The notes under the pieces: model-generated
The model's database searches: none
What the model saw: the letters and a program-made list of their open reading frames with translations, nothing else
Told to the model about the DNA's origin: nothing
From: Chitinophagaceae bacterium
GTDB lineage: Bacteria; Bacteroidota; Bacteroidia; Chitinophagales; Chitinophagaceae
Direction of reading: 5' to 3'
Length of the DNA stretch: 64,000 nt
Assembly (NCBI GenBank): GCA_046296295.1
Contig: JBKBLG010000004.1
Location: 60,187-124,186, forward strand
Shown: in pieces, positions 45,920 through 55,831 of the stretch
Layout: each line of letters starts with the position of its first letter
Position numbering within the stretch: the first letter of the stretch is position 1
Program-made: the position numbers and the translations under genes

Positions 45920-46564
45920 CTACGCCTCATGTGCATCATTATACACCCTATCGTTCAGCATTTGAATATGTGCCAACAGCTCTGCCCTACCCACTTTTTT
46001 CTCAGCACTTGTAATGAAGGTCTGTGGCAAAAACTGCCATGTTGCACGCAAGGCTTCTAAAAATGCTTGCACATGGCGCTGCACTGCACCCGGCTTTTCC
46101 TTATCGGCTTTGGTGAATACTAAAGCAAACGGCACATTCGCAGCACCCAACTGATTCACAAACTCTAGATCAATTTTTTGTGGCTCGTGCCTACTATCAA
46201 TTAAAACGAATACTTGTACCAAATTGGGTCGATTACTCAAGTAGTCGGCAATCATTTTTTCCCAAACATCGCGTTGCTTTTGTGCAATTTTAGCGTAACC
46301 ATACCCTGGTAAGTCTACCAAATACCAAAAACTACTCGCAGCCTTTTCCGAAGCCTTACTCTCAATCAAAAAATGATTAATCATCTGTGTTTTGCCAGGG
46401 TTGGCACTTGTTTTAGCCAACTTACTGTTATTACACAACATATTAATAAGGCTACTTTTACCCACATTACTCCTACCAATAAAAGCATATTCAGGCTTAT
46501 CGGCTTTCGGACAGGTTTTGTACGTGGGGTTCGATATTAAGTACGTAGCTTTTTTCAATAACAT
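45920..46564 (-). CDS. engB: Ribosome biogenesis GTPase YsxC/EngB
   Basis: G1 GRSNVGKSSLIN, DLPGYGYA and FTKADK motifs. The ATG at 46564 is preferred. Confidence 0.9.
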   Translation of the reverse strand: MLLKKATYLISNPTYKTCPKADKPEYAFIGRSNVGKSSLINMLCNNSKLAKTSANPGKTQMINHFLIESKASEKAASSFWYLVDLPGYGYAKIAQKQRDVWEKMIADYLSNRPNLVQVFVLIDSRHEPQKIDLEFVNQLGAANVPFALVFTKADKEKPGAVQRHVQAFLEALRATWQFLPQTFITSAEKKVGRAELLAHIQMLNDRVYNDAHEA

Positions 46565-46600
46565 ACTGCAAAACAACACTATTTAGAGCGAATAGTAACA

Positions 46601-46614
46601 CCTTACGGTAAATG
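46601..46614 (+). repeat. 14-mer copy (CCTTACGGTAAATG, exact)
   Basis: In the divergent engB/acpH region, 36 nt and 33 nt from the two ATGs. Confidence 0.85.
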
Positions 46615-46647
46615 TATCTACACACTACAAAACACTTATTTTGTAGT

Positions 46648-47244
46648 ATGAACTATTTGGCACATGCCTATTTATCGTTTGGAATGGCCGATGTATTGGT
46701 AGGCAATCTCATTAGCGATTTTGTAAAAGGCAGGCAACAATACACCTACAGCCACCGTATTTGGTGCGGCATTCGCTTGCATAGATTCATAGATACCTAT
46801 ACCGATGCTCACGAAGCCACAAAGCAAGCCAAAACATACTTACAACCAAGTGCAGGCCGCTACGCTGGTGCTTTTATAGATGTAGTGTACGATCATTTTT
46901 TAGCACAACAGTTAGTAGCTAATAATCAATTACAAACCACAGCCACCTTTTGCTATCAAAGCATATTATTACAACAACCAATATTGCCTGAACGCTTTAT
47001 ATTAATGCTCCCGCATATGTTACGGCATAATTGGCTAGGCAACTACCAACATCTTTGGGCCATAGAAAAAAGTTTTGGTGGTATAGTACACCGTAGCAAT
47101 TACCTCACCGATAGCAGCCCCGTATATGCCGCATTTGTAACACATTACGATGCACTAAAAACCTGTTATCAAGCTTTTTTTCCGATGATCAATAAAACTG
47201 CGGCATCGTTTTTGGTAGATTGTTTAGCTATGCAGCTATATTAA
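46648..47244 (+). CDS. acpH: Acyl carrier protein phosphodiesterase (AcpH-like)
   Basis: MNYLAHAYLSF....VGNLISDFVKG is the N-terminal signature of the AcpH family. Confidence 0.65.
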   Translation: MNYLAHAYLSFGMADVLVGNLISDFVKGRQQYTYSHRIWCGIRLHRFIDTYTDAHEATKQAKTYLQPSAGRYAGAFIDVVYDHFLAQQLVANNQLQTTATFCYQSILLQQPILPERFILMLPHMLRHNWLGNYQHLWAIEKSFGGIVHRSNYLTDSSPVYAAFVTHYDALKTCYQAFFPMINKTAASFLVDCLAMQLY

Positions 47245-47271
47245 CTTTGTAATTCATTTTACATACTATAT

Positions 47272-47832
47272 ATGAAACATTTTATTACTGTACTTGCCGT
47301 TGTTATTAGCTTGCAAAGCTTAGCACAGCAGAAGCCAACCGAAATGGATAAAAGCCCAATGGATGTTAGCTACTGCCCTGCCAACTTCCCAATTCTTAAA
47401 ATGAATGGTAAGGTAAAGGATAAAGAAGAACCCATTGCACGTGTATTGTATAGCCGACCTCAAAAAAACGGCCGCCCTATTTTTGGAGGCATTGTTCGCT
47501 ATGGCGATGTGTGGCGTTTGGGTGCTAACGAGGCTACTGAAATAGATATTTTCAAGCCGGTTAAAATTGGCAATAAAGTACTACCTAAGGGCCGATACAG
47601 CATGTATGCGGTTACTTCTGAAAATAAATGGACGATCATTTTCAATGCCGACTGTGATATTTGGGGTTTAGCACATAATGAGCGTAAGGATATTTTAAAA
47701 ATTGACGTTCCGGTGGAGCGAACAGACGAAGTAGTAGAAGCTTTTACAATTTATTTTGAGCCTATGAAAGGCGGTAGTAAAATGATGATTTTGTGGGATA
47801 ATTGTCGTGCGGGTGTTCCTATGTACTTCTAG
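47272..47832 (+). CDS. DUF2911 domain-containing secreted protein
   Basis: Signal peptide. YSRP...GR.IFGG.V.YG.VWR.GANEAT and LPKGRYS.YA......W..IFN resemble the DUF2911 pattern. Confidence 0.55.
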   Translation: MKHFITVLAVVISLQSLAQQKPTEMDKSPMDVSYCPANFPILKMNGKVKDKEEPIARVLYSRPQKNGRPIFGGIVRYGDVWRLGANEATEIDIFKPVKIGNKVLPKGRYSMYAVTSENKWTIIFNADCDIWGLAHNERKDILKIDVPVERTDEVVEAFTIYFEPMKGGSKMMILWDNCRAGVPMYF

Positions 47833-47838
47833 TGTTTG

Positions 47839-47852
47839 CATTTACCGTAAGG
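47839..47852 (-). repeat. 14-mer copy (CATTTACCGTAAGG, exact)
   Basis: 6 nt after the DUF2911 gene stop, upstream of the terminator hairpin. Confidence 0.85.
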
Positions 47853-47870
47853 TGGGTAACACAATAAGGT

Positions 47871-47906
47871 ATTGGAAAGGGTCGCCTTCGGCGACCCTTT
47901 CCAATA
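47871..47906. terminator. Bidirectional terminator hairpin (16-bp stem)
   Basis: ATTGGAAAGGGTCGCC-ttcg-GGCGACCCTTTCCAAT. Confidence 0.8.
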
Positions 47907-47911
47907 ATTGA

Positions 47912-48811
47912 TTACAAATAACACTGTATCAGCTGATACAAATTACCCTGTGGATGGGCTTTAAACAGTTGCTGCAAAGCCTTTTTATCAATATCCTTCA
48001 TGCGATGTTGTTGAATAATATGCCAGGCTTTTTCGGCCTGTAGCCAATACTTGCGTTCGTTGTGTTGGTTGGTAGCCAGTTGTGCTTCAATTGCCTGAGC
48101 CAAATCGGCAATACCCTGTTTTTCGCTGGCAACGGTTTTTACAATTTCAACCGTTTTTTGTTGTTGAAATGCCGGAGCCAGCATTTGTCTAAGATTTTTT
48201 ACAAAGGTATCGGCACCGGGGCGGTCGGCCTTATTCACCACAAACAAATCGGCTATTTCCATGAGTCCGGCTTTCATTGTTTGTACTTCATCGCCTGCTT
48301 CTGGTACTATGGCTACTACCGTACAATCGGCGAGGCCTGCAATTTCTATTTCGCTCTGGCCTACACCAACAGTTTCTACGATTACATAATTAAAACCTGC
48401 TTGCTTTACCACATCGGTAAGCTCTAAAATTTTCGGATGAAGGCCACCTAAGCTGCCCCTTGTAGCCAAACTCCTAATAAACACATGAGGATGTGTGTAC
48501 CAATCGTTCATACGAATACGATCGCCTAGTACTGCTCCCAAATTAAAAGGACTACTCGGATCAACACATAACACTGCAATTCGCTTGCCTGCCTGTACCC
48601 AATGGCCAATCAAAGCATCTACTAAAGTACTTTTACCGGCACCGGGTGGCCCTGTTATACCAATAACAGGCGTACTACTATAAGGCAGTTGTTGTAAATA
48701 TTCGTTGTAGCCGGGTACTTCGTTTTCAACCAAACTCAAGGTACGAGCCAAGGCATGAATACTACCTTGCGGTAAATGAGCAATACTTTGAGCAAACAAA
48801 CTTTGATGCAT
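47912..48811 (-). CDS. meaB: Methylmalonyl-CoA mutase-associated GTPase MeaB (ArgK family)
   Basis: GITGPPGAGKSTL, DPSSPF.GGA.LGDR.RM, ETVGVGQSE and NKAD motifs. Confidence 0.85.
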   Translation of the reverse strand: MHQSLFAQSIAHLPQGSIHALARTLSLVENEVPGYNEYLQQLPYSSTPVIGITGPPGAGKSTLVDALIGHWVQAGKRIAVLCVDPSSPFNLGAVLGDRIRMNDWYTHPHVFIRSLATRGSLGGLHPKILELTDVVKQAGFNYVIVETVGVGQSEIEIAGLADCTVVAIVPEAGDEVQTMKAGLMEIADLFVVNKADRPGADTFVKNLRQMLAPAFQQQKTVEIVKTVASEKQGIADLAQAIEAQLATNQHNERKYWLQAEKAWHIIQQHRMKDIDKKALQQLFKAHPQGNLYQLIQCYL

Positions 48812-48819
48812 AACAATAA

Positions 48820-49581
48820 CTACTTACCCGCCTGTTGTAAATGATATAATTTGGCGTACTTCAGCAAGGTACTGTAAGCCACCGAACGGGCAATAATAAA
48901 ACCATTAACACCATCTAAAAAGCCACGCTTGATAATATAACCACTTATAAATGCTACCAATGGGTTCAGTACCATTTTAAAAACAGAACTACGCTTGCCT
49001 TGTGCATACATGGCTTTCGCCTGAATGGTGGTGAATTTATTGGTTTGAGCTACCAGCTCTTCTATAGTATGATAGGTATAATGTAAGATATTACCTTGCA
49101 AATGCTGTTGCTTGCCAGCACTGGTAAGTGCCAGTTTATCGTGTGGATTGATGCCGCCCCAGGCTGCTTTTTGCTTACGCACCAATCGTAATTTTCGATC
49201 GGGATACCATGTACCATGTTTAATAAAACTACCGCAGAAATAATTACTTCTGTTCATGGTATAAGCATCGGCAGTGAAGCCCGCCTGCTTGACAGCAGCT
49301 ATGCTTTGTAGCAATGTTTCATCTAATGCTTCATCGGCATCGAGGCTTAGTACAAATGGGTGGCTTGCTTGCTGAAGGGCAAAGTTCTTTTGCTCAATGT
49401 ATCCTAAAAATGGCTGAACAATTACTTTGGCACCAAGTGCCGTTGCAATAGCTGTAGTGTTATCGGTACTATTACTATCTACCACCAATACTTCATCGGC
49501 AATGGCTGTAACCGAACGTATGCAACGCTCAATATTGTTGGCTTCGTTGTATGTAATAATTGCTACCGATAGGTACGCCAT
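48820..49581 (-). CDS. Family 2 glycosyltransferase
   Basis: LSVAIITYNEANNIERCI..., VVDSNSTDNT and SLDADE (DxD) motifs. ATG at 49581. Confidence 0.8.
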   Translation of the reverse strand: MAYLSVAIITYNEANNIERCIRSVTAIADEVLVVDSNSTDNTTAIATALGAKVIVQPFLGYIEQKNFALQQASHPFVLSLDADEALDETLLQSIAAVKQAGFTADAYTMNRSNYFCGSFIKHGTWYPDRKLRLVRKQKAAWGGINPHDKLALTSAGKQQHLQGNILHYTYHTIEELVAQTNKFTTIQAKAMYAQGKRSSVFKMVLNPLVAFISGYIIKRGFLDGVNGFIIARSVAYSTLLKYAKLYHLQQAGK

Positions 49582-49615
49582 GCACAAATATTTGCTACGA
49601 AAATAAGTGGCCTGC

Positions 49616-49867
49616 TTAGGCTTGCAAAGAATTAATAGCCTCGGCGAGTGCTATATCTTTTACCGTAAGGTTATTACCAGCATCGTGGGTGGTTAACCAA
49701 ATTTCTACGCTGTTGTACACGTTCGTCCACAATGGATGGTGTTGCTGTTGCTCGGCCAATAACGCTACCCTTGCCATAAACGCAAATGCCTCGCTGAAGT
49801 TAGCAAATTCGAACTTGCGGTAAAGTGTGTTTTCTTGTAGCGTCCAATCTGATGGTATTGACTGCAT
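49616..49867 (-). CDS. phhB: 4a-hydroxytetrahydrobiopterin dehydratase
   Basis: 83 aa. W.......L.R.F.F.NF..AF.FM..VAL.AE...HHP.W.NVYN.V.I.L.THD matches the PCD/DCoH family. Confidence 0.85.
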   Translation of the reverse strand: MQSIPSDWTLQENTLYRKFEFANFSEAFAFMARVALLAEQQQHHPLWTNVYNSVEIWLTTHDAGNNLTVKDIALAEAINSLQA

Positions 49868-49879
49868 GGTATTGTAGTG

Positions 49880-49893
49880 CCTTACGGCAAATA
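49880..49893 (+). repeat. 14-mer copy (CCTTACGGCAAATa, 13/14)
   Basis: 12 nt upstream of the phhB ATG and 8 nt beyond the stop of the upstream gene. Confidence 0.75.
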
Positions 49894-49901
49894 TTAACGC
49901 A

Positions 49902-50342
49902 TTAAAAAATAAGATAACTCTTGTTTTTGAATTTCTCGTGTGTAAGTTCGGTAACTAATTGTACGGATGAAAGTGTTCTGATTTCATCGACAATGGGTTG
50001 TATTTGAGCCATATCGAAATAATCGCCTTTCATGAGCCACAAAAAATCGAAGTGTTTAAACTCTGGTAGTAAGTACTCGCCTTCGCATTCGTTTTCGTAC
50101 AAATAATATACGCATTGGCTTGCTATTACCCGATGTTCGTACACTAAAAATTTGTATTTACGGCCTCTACGAGCAACCTCAATATGTATATCGGTATTGA
50201 GAAAAAAGTTGTAGCCAAGGGTGTAGTTAAGCTGCCAACAAAATTGATAGTTTTTTTGTGTGGTGAGTATGCCCAATAGGTAGGTATCGTCGAAGAAACG
50301 TTCGGTGGTTTCTCCCATTTCAAGCCTAAAGTGTGTACTCAT
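49902..50342 (-). CDS. Hypothetical protein, possibly IPExxxVDY family
   Basis: 146 aa. The [12 protein letters not shown] segment resembles the IPExxxVDY motif of a Bacteroidota-restricted family. Confidence 0.4.
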   Translation of the reverse strand: MSTHFRLEMGETTERFFDDTYLLGILTTQKNYQFCWQLNYTLGYNFFLNTDIHIEVARRGRKYKFLVYEHRVIASQCVYYLYENECEGEYLLPEFKHFDFLWLMKGDYFDMAQIQPIVDEIRTLSSVQLVTELTHEKFKNKSYLIF

Positions 50343-50362
50343 GTGTGTGGGTTATATGGGTA

Positions 50363-52015
50363 TTAGAATACAATGTCAAAAGTTTTTTCTTCGCTACCAC
50401 GCTTAATTTTAAGCCGTGTGCTATCGCCTTTTTTAAACTTACTTAAAGCTTGCATGTAACTAGGTACATCTACAAACTGGTATTGGCCTAATTGTAACAA
50501 AATATCGCCGGGTTGTAAGCCTAATTTTTCTCCTAATTTGCCTTTAGTGGCACCTTCAATTCTTACGCCGGTTCCATTGTAGGCATAGTCGGGAATAACG
50601 CCTAAACTTACGGTGAAGCCTACGCCACGCCCCATGTTTTGTTCTCTAGTAGCTGTAAAAGCAAGTTGGCCCTTATCGTTTGTAGCAACAATTATTTTTT
50701 CTATTAATGAAATAATATCTGCCTCGGCTTGATAGTTAATTTTATCGAAATCGTCGGTAGCCTTGTGGTAATCGGCATGACTGTTAGTGAAGAAAAATAA
50801 CACAGGAATATTCTTTCTATAAAAACTTGCATGGTCGCTAGGGCCAGTACCGGCACTATCCCATTTAACCTGAAAAGTATCAATAAGGTTAGGTAAAACT
50901 GAACCCCATGTAGGGCTAGTACCATAACCACCAATGGTTAATTTTTTTGCAGTATCGTAGCGGCCAATCATATCCATGTTAATCATGTAATTAGGTGTGA
51001 TGTTAATGGTAGGATGATCGAGCCAGTATTTACTACCTAATAAACCTAATTCTTCACCTGAAAATGCAATGAATAAATAATTGTTGTTTTTGGCCGGTGC
51101 TTGTTGCAAGCGGCGAGCTAATTCAATAAGTGCGGCAGTACCACTGGCATTATCATCGGCACCGTTATGAATATCGCCTTCGCCATCGAGGGCATTTTTA
51201 TCTTCGCCCAAGCCAAGATGGTCGTAGTGTGCACCAATTATAACCGTTGTTGGAGCATTGTTATTTATAAAACCAACAAGGTTGGTAGCATTGCGTTGTT
51301 GCAGCGTAAGCTGTACACCAGCTTCTATTTTAACGGTGGCAGTAGCATCGGTAAGTTGTGCTGCTAACACACCCTTCTCTGTAATGTACAGTACTGGTAC
51401 CGCTAGGGCCGGAGCAGTATCGTTTTTATTGAATAAGATGTTATCAACTGCTTTACCACTATTGTATATTAACACAATGGTAGCTCCTTTTTTAATAGCC
51501 TTTTCTGCTGCCTGATAAATAGCTGGCATAATAGCAAAATGCGGATTACCAACTTGCTCATCTAATATTTCTTTTGCATCAATAAACCATGCTGCACCAC
51601 TTTCGTGAATACTCGCAGCGCCTTCGGTACTAACTTTTGTATTGCCACTAAATGCTAACGGATAAAAGTGTTCGCCCGGTTGCAAAGCTTTACCATTTAC
51701 CGTAAGGTAAGTTGTAGTGTGGTTATAGTGCTTGCCTTCATTGATTACAAAAGGTTGCTTAAAGCCTTGCGTACCTTGCGGTAAAAGCTGAAGTTGCTGC
51801 CATTGTTGGATGATGTAATCGGCAGCAGCAGCCTCGCCGGGGGTGCCTGTACGCCTACCTCCGAAACTATCGCTAGCTAAAATACGAATGTGTTGCTGCA
51901 AGTGAGCAATGGTAGCAGCTCTTTGCTTGGCCATTGCCTTACGTTCTTTTTTGGTTTGTGCAGTTAATGTTAAGGGTAGTAATAATAGCAACAAGAAACG
52001 CAGCTTCATGTACAT
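50363..52015 (-). CDS. M28 family metallopeptidase with PA and C-terminal PDZ domains
   Basis: Signal peptide, HYDHLG, NGADDNASG, SGEELGLLGS, PSDHASF (M28 zinc ligand contexts). C-terminal PDZ-like GLQPGDILLQLG. The start is at ATG 52015 or 52009. Confidence 0.85.
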   Translation of the reverse strand: MYMKLRFLLLLLLPLTLTAQTKKERKAMAKQRAATIAHLQQHIRILASDSFGGRRTGTPGEAAAADYIIQQWQQLQLLPQGTQGFKQPFVINEGKHYNHTTTYLTVNGKALQPGEHFYPLAFSGNTKVSTEGAASIHESGAAWFIDAKEILDEQVGNPHFAIMPAIYQAAEKAIKKGATIVLIYNSGKAVDNILFNKNDTAPALAVPVLYITEKGVLAAQLTDATATVKIEAGVQLTLQQRNATNLVGFINNNAPTTVIIGAHYDHLGLGEDKNALDGEGDIHNGADDNASGTAALIELARRLQQAPAKNNNYLFIAFSGEELGLLGSKYWLDHPTINITPNYMINMDMIGRYDTAKKLTIGGYGTSPTWGSVLPNLIDTFQVKWDSAGTGPSDHASFYRKNIPVLFFFTNSHADYHKATDDFDKINYQAEADIISLIEKIIVATNDKGQLAFTATREQNMGRGVGFTVSLGVIPDYAYNGTGVRIEGATKGKLGEKLGLQPGDILLQLGQYQFVDVPSYMQALSKFKKGDSTRLKIKRGSEEKTFDIVF

Positions 52016-52148
52016 TCGGTTTTGTGATACAAAAGTAGTTACGCAGTAAGGTAGCACTTTGATAACGTGGAAAATGATTGACCTGTTTTTTAATCTGATA
52101 ACGAATGTGTATAAAACGTATTTTGCCGCAGTTTGTTATTACAATTCT

Positions 52149-52790
52149 ATGCTTGCTGCAGTAGTTAAAGGTTTTGTGCTAGGTATTATGCTGAGTATTT
52201 CAGTAGGGCCAGTGATATTTTCTATCATCAAGCAAAGCATTATTAACGGGCGTAAAGGTGGTTTTTATTTTATTGCTGGTGTTAGCGCAAGCGATATTAG
52301 CCTGGTGTTGGTGTGTAATGTGTTCACCACTTTATTTGGTATGCTAATGGCACACGAAACAACCATTGGGGTTGCTGGTAGTATTTTTTTAGTGGTAATG
52401 GGTATTTATACCATTTTCTTCAAAAAGTTGCCTGTACCCGATGAGCGTAATAAAGCTGTGAGCTCTAATTTTCGAAAACGAGATGCATTAGCTATATTTT
52501 TTAGCGGCTATTTTATGAATACCCTTAACCCGGGAGCTTTTTTATTTTGGTTTGCTGCTGGTGCTGCTATTATTGAAGATGCTAATAAAACACCGCATCC
52601 ATTACCTTATAAAATTATTGTGTTCACTACTTGTTTGTTGGTGGTATTATTAGCAGATATTATTAAAGTGCTTTTTGCCGGAAAAATCAGAGAAAAGCTA
52701 ACCTCGCATGTAATGGGTGTTATCAATAAAATATCTGGTTTGATTTTGTTAGGTTTTGGGATGGCTTTAATGCTAAGCATTTTATTATAA
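52149..52790 (+). CDS. LysE family translocator
   Basis: About 213 aa with 6 TM helices. The N-terminal GFVLGIMLSISVGPV is typical of LysE/RhtB exporters. The ATG at 52149 is preferred. Confidence 0.7.
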   Translation: MLAAVVKGFVLGIMLSISVGPVIFSIIKQSIINGRKGGFYFIAGVSASDISLVLVCNVFTTLFGMLMAHETTIGVAGSIFLVVMGIYTIFFKKLPVPDERNKAVSSNFRKRDALAIFFSGYFMNTLNPGAFLFWFAAGAAIIEDANKTPHPLPYKIIVFTTCLLVVLLADIIKVLFAGKIREKLTSHVMGVINKISGLILLGFGMALMLSILL

Positions 52791-53147
52791 GCAATGTATA
52801 TTATCACTTATTTAAGTTGCTATTAGTGTTTTGTAGTTTCTGTACATATGTTGTTGGGTTAGCAACAAGTAGTAGGGCCGATGTGTTCATACAATATATT
52901 TTTTTCAACAAGCCATTTTTTTATCATCTGCTGCTGTACGGCGTGGGGTACAGCATAATACTTTGGTGGTAATAAAGTATTTGAGCATCGCGTTTAAATT
53001 TGCCGTTAGGCGTACCCTATCGTTCAAAGGCTGTACCGGTTCTGCTCGATCGTAATTTTCTAGAGCTGCTTTTATGTAGGGCATACCAACGGTAAATGCC
53101 TCATCAACTTTAACAAATAGCTGCCATGCAGCCAACTATATTGCATC

Positions 53148-53723
53148 ATGCGCCAACTACTGCTGATTGTAAATTTTGTTTTAGCTGCTGCTGCAAGTAA
53201 TGCTCAAAACGATGTACTCGCTTTTAAAAAGAGGGATAAGCTTATTCAATACTTTAGCACTGATAACGTACTTACCTGTCAACTCGTAGGTGGTACTTGG
53301 GTAAGTGGTTACGTTCGTAAGGTTAAGAAAGATAGTATCACCTTACAAACATTTACCGTAAGGCAAGTTCCTAATTATTTTGGCGTACCTACTATAGATA
53401 CCGCTTTTTATGCTCCCATCAAATTTCATTATCGAGAAATCGTTGCATTACCGTTACCGGGCAAGCGTATGTCGCTTACTATAGGCGGTATTCTTAAGGT
53501 GGGTGCCCTAGGATATGCAGTGCTTAATGTAATTAATGCAGTTGGGCAACGTGGCGATGTATTTTCACCTGAAAACTTAACAGGTTTAGGCATTGCAGCA
53601 TTGGCCTTCGGATTAGGTATTTTGCTCGACCACTTACAACCCGATAAGGCTGTGCTAGGAAAAAAGTATGAACTTTATTACATAACCATGCAGCCACAAA
53701 GCACCAACGAAAAAGTGCAATAG
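53148..53723 (+). CDS. Hypothetical secreted/membrane protein
   Basis: Signal peptide plus two C-terminal hydrophobic helices. No recognised motif. Confidence 0.4.
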   Translation: MRQLLLIVNFVLAAAASNAQNDVLAFKKRDKLIQYFSTDNVLTCQLVGGTWVSGYVRKVKKDSITLQTFTVRQVPNYFGVPTIDTAFYAPIKFHYREIVALPLPGKRMSLTIGGILKVGALGYAVLNVINAVGQRGDVFSPENLTGLGIAALAFGLGILLDHLQPDKAVLGKKYELYYITMQPQSTNEKVQ

Positions 53724-53739
53724 CTAATTTCGCCACAGT

Positions 53740-54510
53740 ATGGCCAAAAAGCAAGCACCTAAAAAGCGTTCGTGGTTCAAGCGTATAATGCGTTGGTTTT
53801 TCTTTGCGTGGCTTGCATCGATGTTGTATTTAGTACTTTGTAAATGGATGATGCCACCGATTACCATTACACAAATTGGTAGCTTACTAAGTGGCGATGG
53901 GCTTAAAAGAGACTACGTTCAATGGAACAAAATACCCGCCAATATTCGCTTGGCTGCTATGGCAAGTGAAGATCAGTTGTTTCCCGATCACGATGGTTTT
54001 GATTGGAAGAGTATAGAAAAAAGTCTCAGTACCAACCCGAAGAAAAAAAATAAAAAACGTGGTGCTGGCGCTAGCACTATCAGCCAGCAAGTTGCTAAAA
54101 ATGTTTTTTTATGGCAAGGTGGTGGCATATTCAAATACATTAGAAAAGTTCCTGAGTTTTATTATACGTTCATGATTGAACTGATTTGGGGTAAAGAACG
54201 CATTTTAGAAGTATACCTCAATGTAATTGAAATGGGGCCCGGCATTTATGGTGCCGAAGCTGCCGCACAAGCCTATTTTCAAAAGCCAGCCGCAGCCCTT
54301 ACCGATACAGAAGCGGCACTGATCATTGCCTGTTTACCCAATCCAAAACGGTACACCGTAGTGCCGCAAAGCAAGTTTGTAGGCTGGAAGCATCGGCATA
54401 TTCTACGCCAGATGCGTAACATAGCCGACGATCCCGATATTAGTACCCTTTGTAACACCGGCCTTACGGCAAATGAAAAGCCACGCAAGCAAACTCGCAA
54501 AAAAGGCTAA
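53740..54510 (+). CDS. mtgA: Monofunctional biosynthetic peptidoglycan transglycosylase
   Basis: GT51 motifs ASEDQLFPDHDGFD, GASTISQQVAKN and RKV.E.....IE..W.K..ILE.YLN. Confidence 0.9.
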   Translation: MAKKQAPKKRSWFKRIMRWFFFAWLASMLYLVLCKWMMPPITITQIGSLLSGDGLKRDYVQWNKIPANIRLAAMASEDQLFPDHDGFDWKSIEKSLSTNPKKKNKKRGAGASTISQQVAKNVFLWQGGGIFKYIRKVPEFYYTFMIELIWGKERILEVYLNVIEMGPGIYGAEAAAQAYFQKPAAALTDTEAALIIACLPNPKRYTVVPQSKFVGWKHRHILRQMRNIADDPDISTLCNTGLTANEKPRKQTRKKG

Positions 54511-54555
54511 TGCAACAGCGTTGTAGCAAGAAACGATAAAATTGTTTTTTATTTC

Positions 54556-54578
54556 ATCGTTTATCGTAGATAAACGAT
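54556..54578. promoter_or_regulatory. Palindromic candidate ArsR operator
   Basis: ATCGTTTATC-gta-GATAAACGAT is a perfect 10-bp inverted repeat 14 nt upstream of the arsR ATG. A third half-site AAACGATAAA lies at 54532-54541. Confidence 0.55.
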
Positions 54579-54591
54579 TTAACTTTGCATT

Positions 54592-54933
54592 ATGGCTATC
54601 ACAAAATCACATGCATTTAGTAACGATTTGCAACAATTAGCGGCTTATGCGAAAGCGTTAAGCCACCCTGCACGCATTGAAATCTTAAAAATACTCGCCG
54701 AACGTAACGCCTGCATTTGCGGCGAAATTGTAGAAGTGCTGCCACTAGCGCAAAGCACAGTATCGCAACACCTTAAAGAGTTGCTTGATACCGGCTTAAT
54801 TAAGGGTACTATCGACGGGCCCAAAAGTTGCTATTGTATTAACCCCGATACCATTACATTATTAGCATCACAAATGGCAACATTGTTTGCAAGTGTAGCA
54901 ACTACGCCAAACCCATCTACTCAATGTTGTTAA
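54592..54933 (+). CDS. arsR: ArsR/SmtB family metalloregulator
   Basis: Winged HTH ALSHPARIEILKIL.....CICGEIVEVLPLAQSTVSQHLKEL, with a CxC metalloid site and a C-terminal CC. Confidence 0.9.
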   Translation: MAITKSHAFSNDLQQLAAYAKALSHPARIEILKILAERNACICGEIVEVLPLAQSTVSQHLKELLDTGLIKGTIDGPKSCYCINPDTITLLASQMATLFASVATTPNPSTQCC

Positions 54934-54946
54934 CAAATACTGTGAC

Positions 54947-55822
54947 ATGAATAACGAACAACAATTAAAATCTTTGGTTCAAGAAAAATATAGTGCCATT
55001 GCACAACAAAGCAAAGCACACAATGCAACAAGCTGCTGTGGTGCAACAGGGTGTGGCGATGTGTATAACCTTATGGCCGATAGCTATCAAAGTATCGATG
55101 GCTATGTACCCGATGCCGATCTTGGCTTAGGCTGTGGCGTACCTACTGCATTTGCACAAATTAAACCCGGCAATACGGTAATAGATTTGGGTAGTGGTGC
55201 CGGTAACGATGCCTTTGTAGCACGCCAATTAGTGGGCGAAACCGGTAAGGTTATAGGCATAGATTTTACAGAAGCTATGGTTACAAAAGCCCGCCAAAAT
55301 GCCGATACCTTAGAATACAACAACGTAGAATTTAGACTTGGCGATATTGAAGCCATGCCGGTAGGTGCCAATACAGCACATGTGATTATTAGCAACTGTG
55401 TGTTAAATCTTATCCCTAATAAGGCGAATGTGTTTAAAGAAATGTATCGCGTACTCAAGCCCGGTGGACATTGCAGCATTAGTGATATTGTTTTGCAAGG
55501 ACATTTACCGCAAGGGATACAACAAGCTGCAGAAATGTATGCCGGTTGTGTAGCAGGTGCCATACCTCAAAACCAGTATTTGTTTTTGATGGAGCAGGCC
55601 GGATTTAAAAATGTTACCGTACAACTATCGAAGCCCATTGTTATTCCTGAAAGTATTTTAGCCAATTATCTCCCCGCCAATGAAATACGAGCTTTCCGAG
55701 AAAAACCAACCCCTATTGTAAGCATTACTGTTTATGCCGAAAAACCCGGCATACAAATCAGTGATATTATAGAACCAATTACTCACCAAGAAAGTTGCTG
55801 CACACCTGGCAGCTGCTGCTAA
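54947..55822 (+). CDS. arsM: Arsenite S-adenosylmethionine methyltransferase
   Basis: N-terminal Cys cluster SCCGATGCG, SAM motif VIDLGSGAGND, a conserved later Cys (YAGCVAG) and a C-terminal Cys-rich tail. Confidence 0.85.
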   Translation: MNNEQQLKSLVQEKYSAIAQQSKAHNATSCCGATGCGDVYNLMADSYQSIDGYVPDADLGLGCGVPTAFAQIKPGNTVIDLGSGAGNDAFVARQLVGETGKVIGIDFTEAMVTKARQNADTLEYNNVEFRLGDIEAMPVGANTAHVIISNCVLNLIPNKANVFKEMYRVLKPGGHCSISDIVLQGHLPQGIQQAAEMYAGCVAGAIPQNQYLFLMEQAGFKNVTVQLSKPIVIPESILANYLPANEIRAFREKPTPIVSITVYAEKPGIQISDIIEPITHQESCCTPGSCC

Positions 55823-55831
55823 CATCAATCT

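Noticed and set aside
52905-53135. 76-aa ORF on the minus strand between the LysE gene and the 53148 gene
   Set aside because: It has no motif, signal or supporting context, and it may simply be intergenic. It is not reported as a feature.
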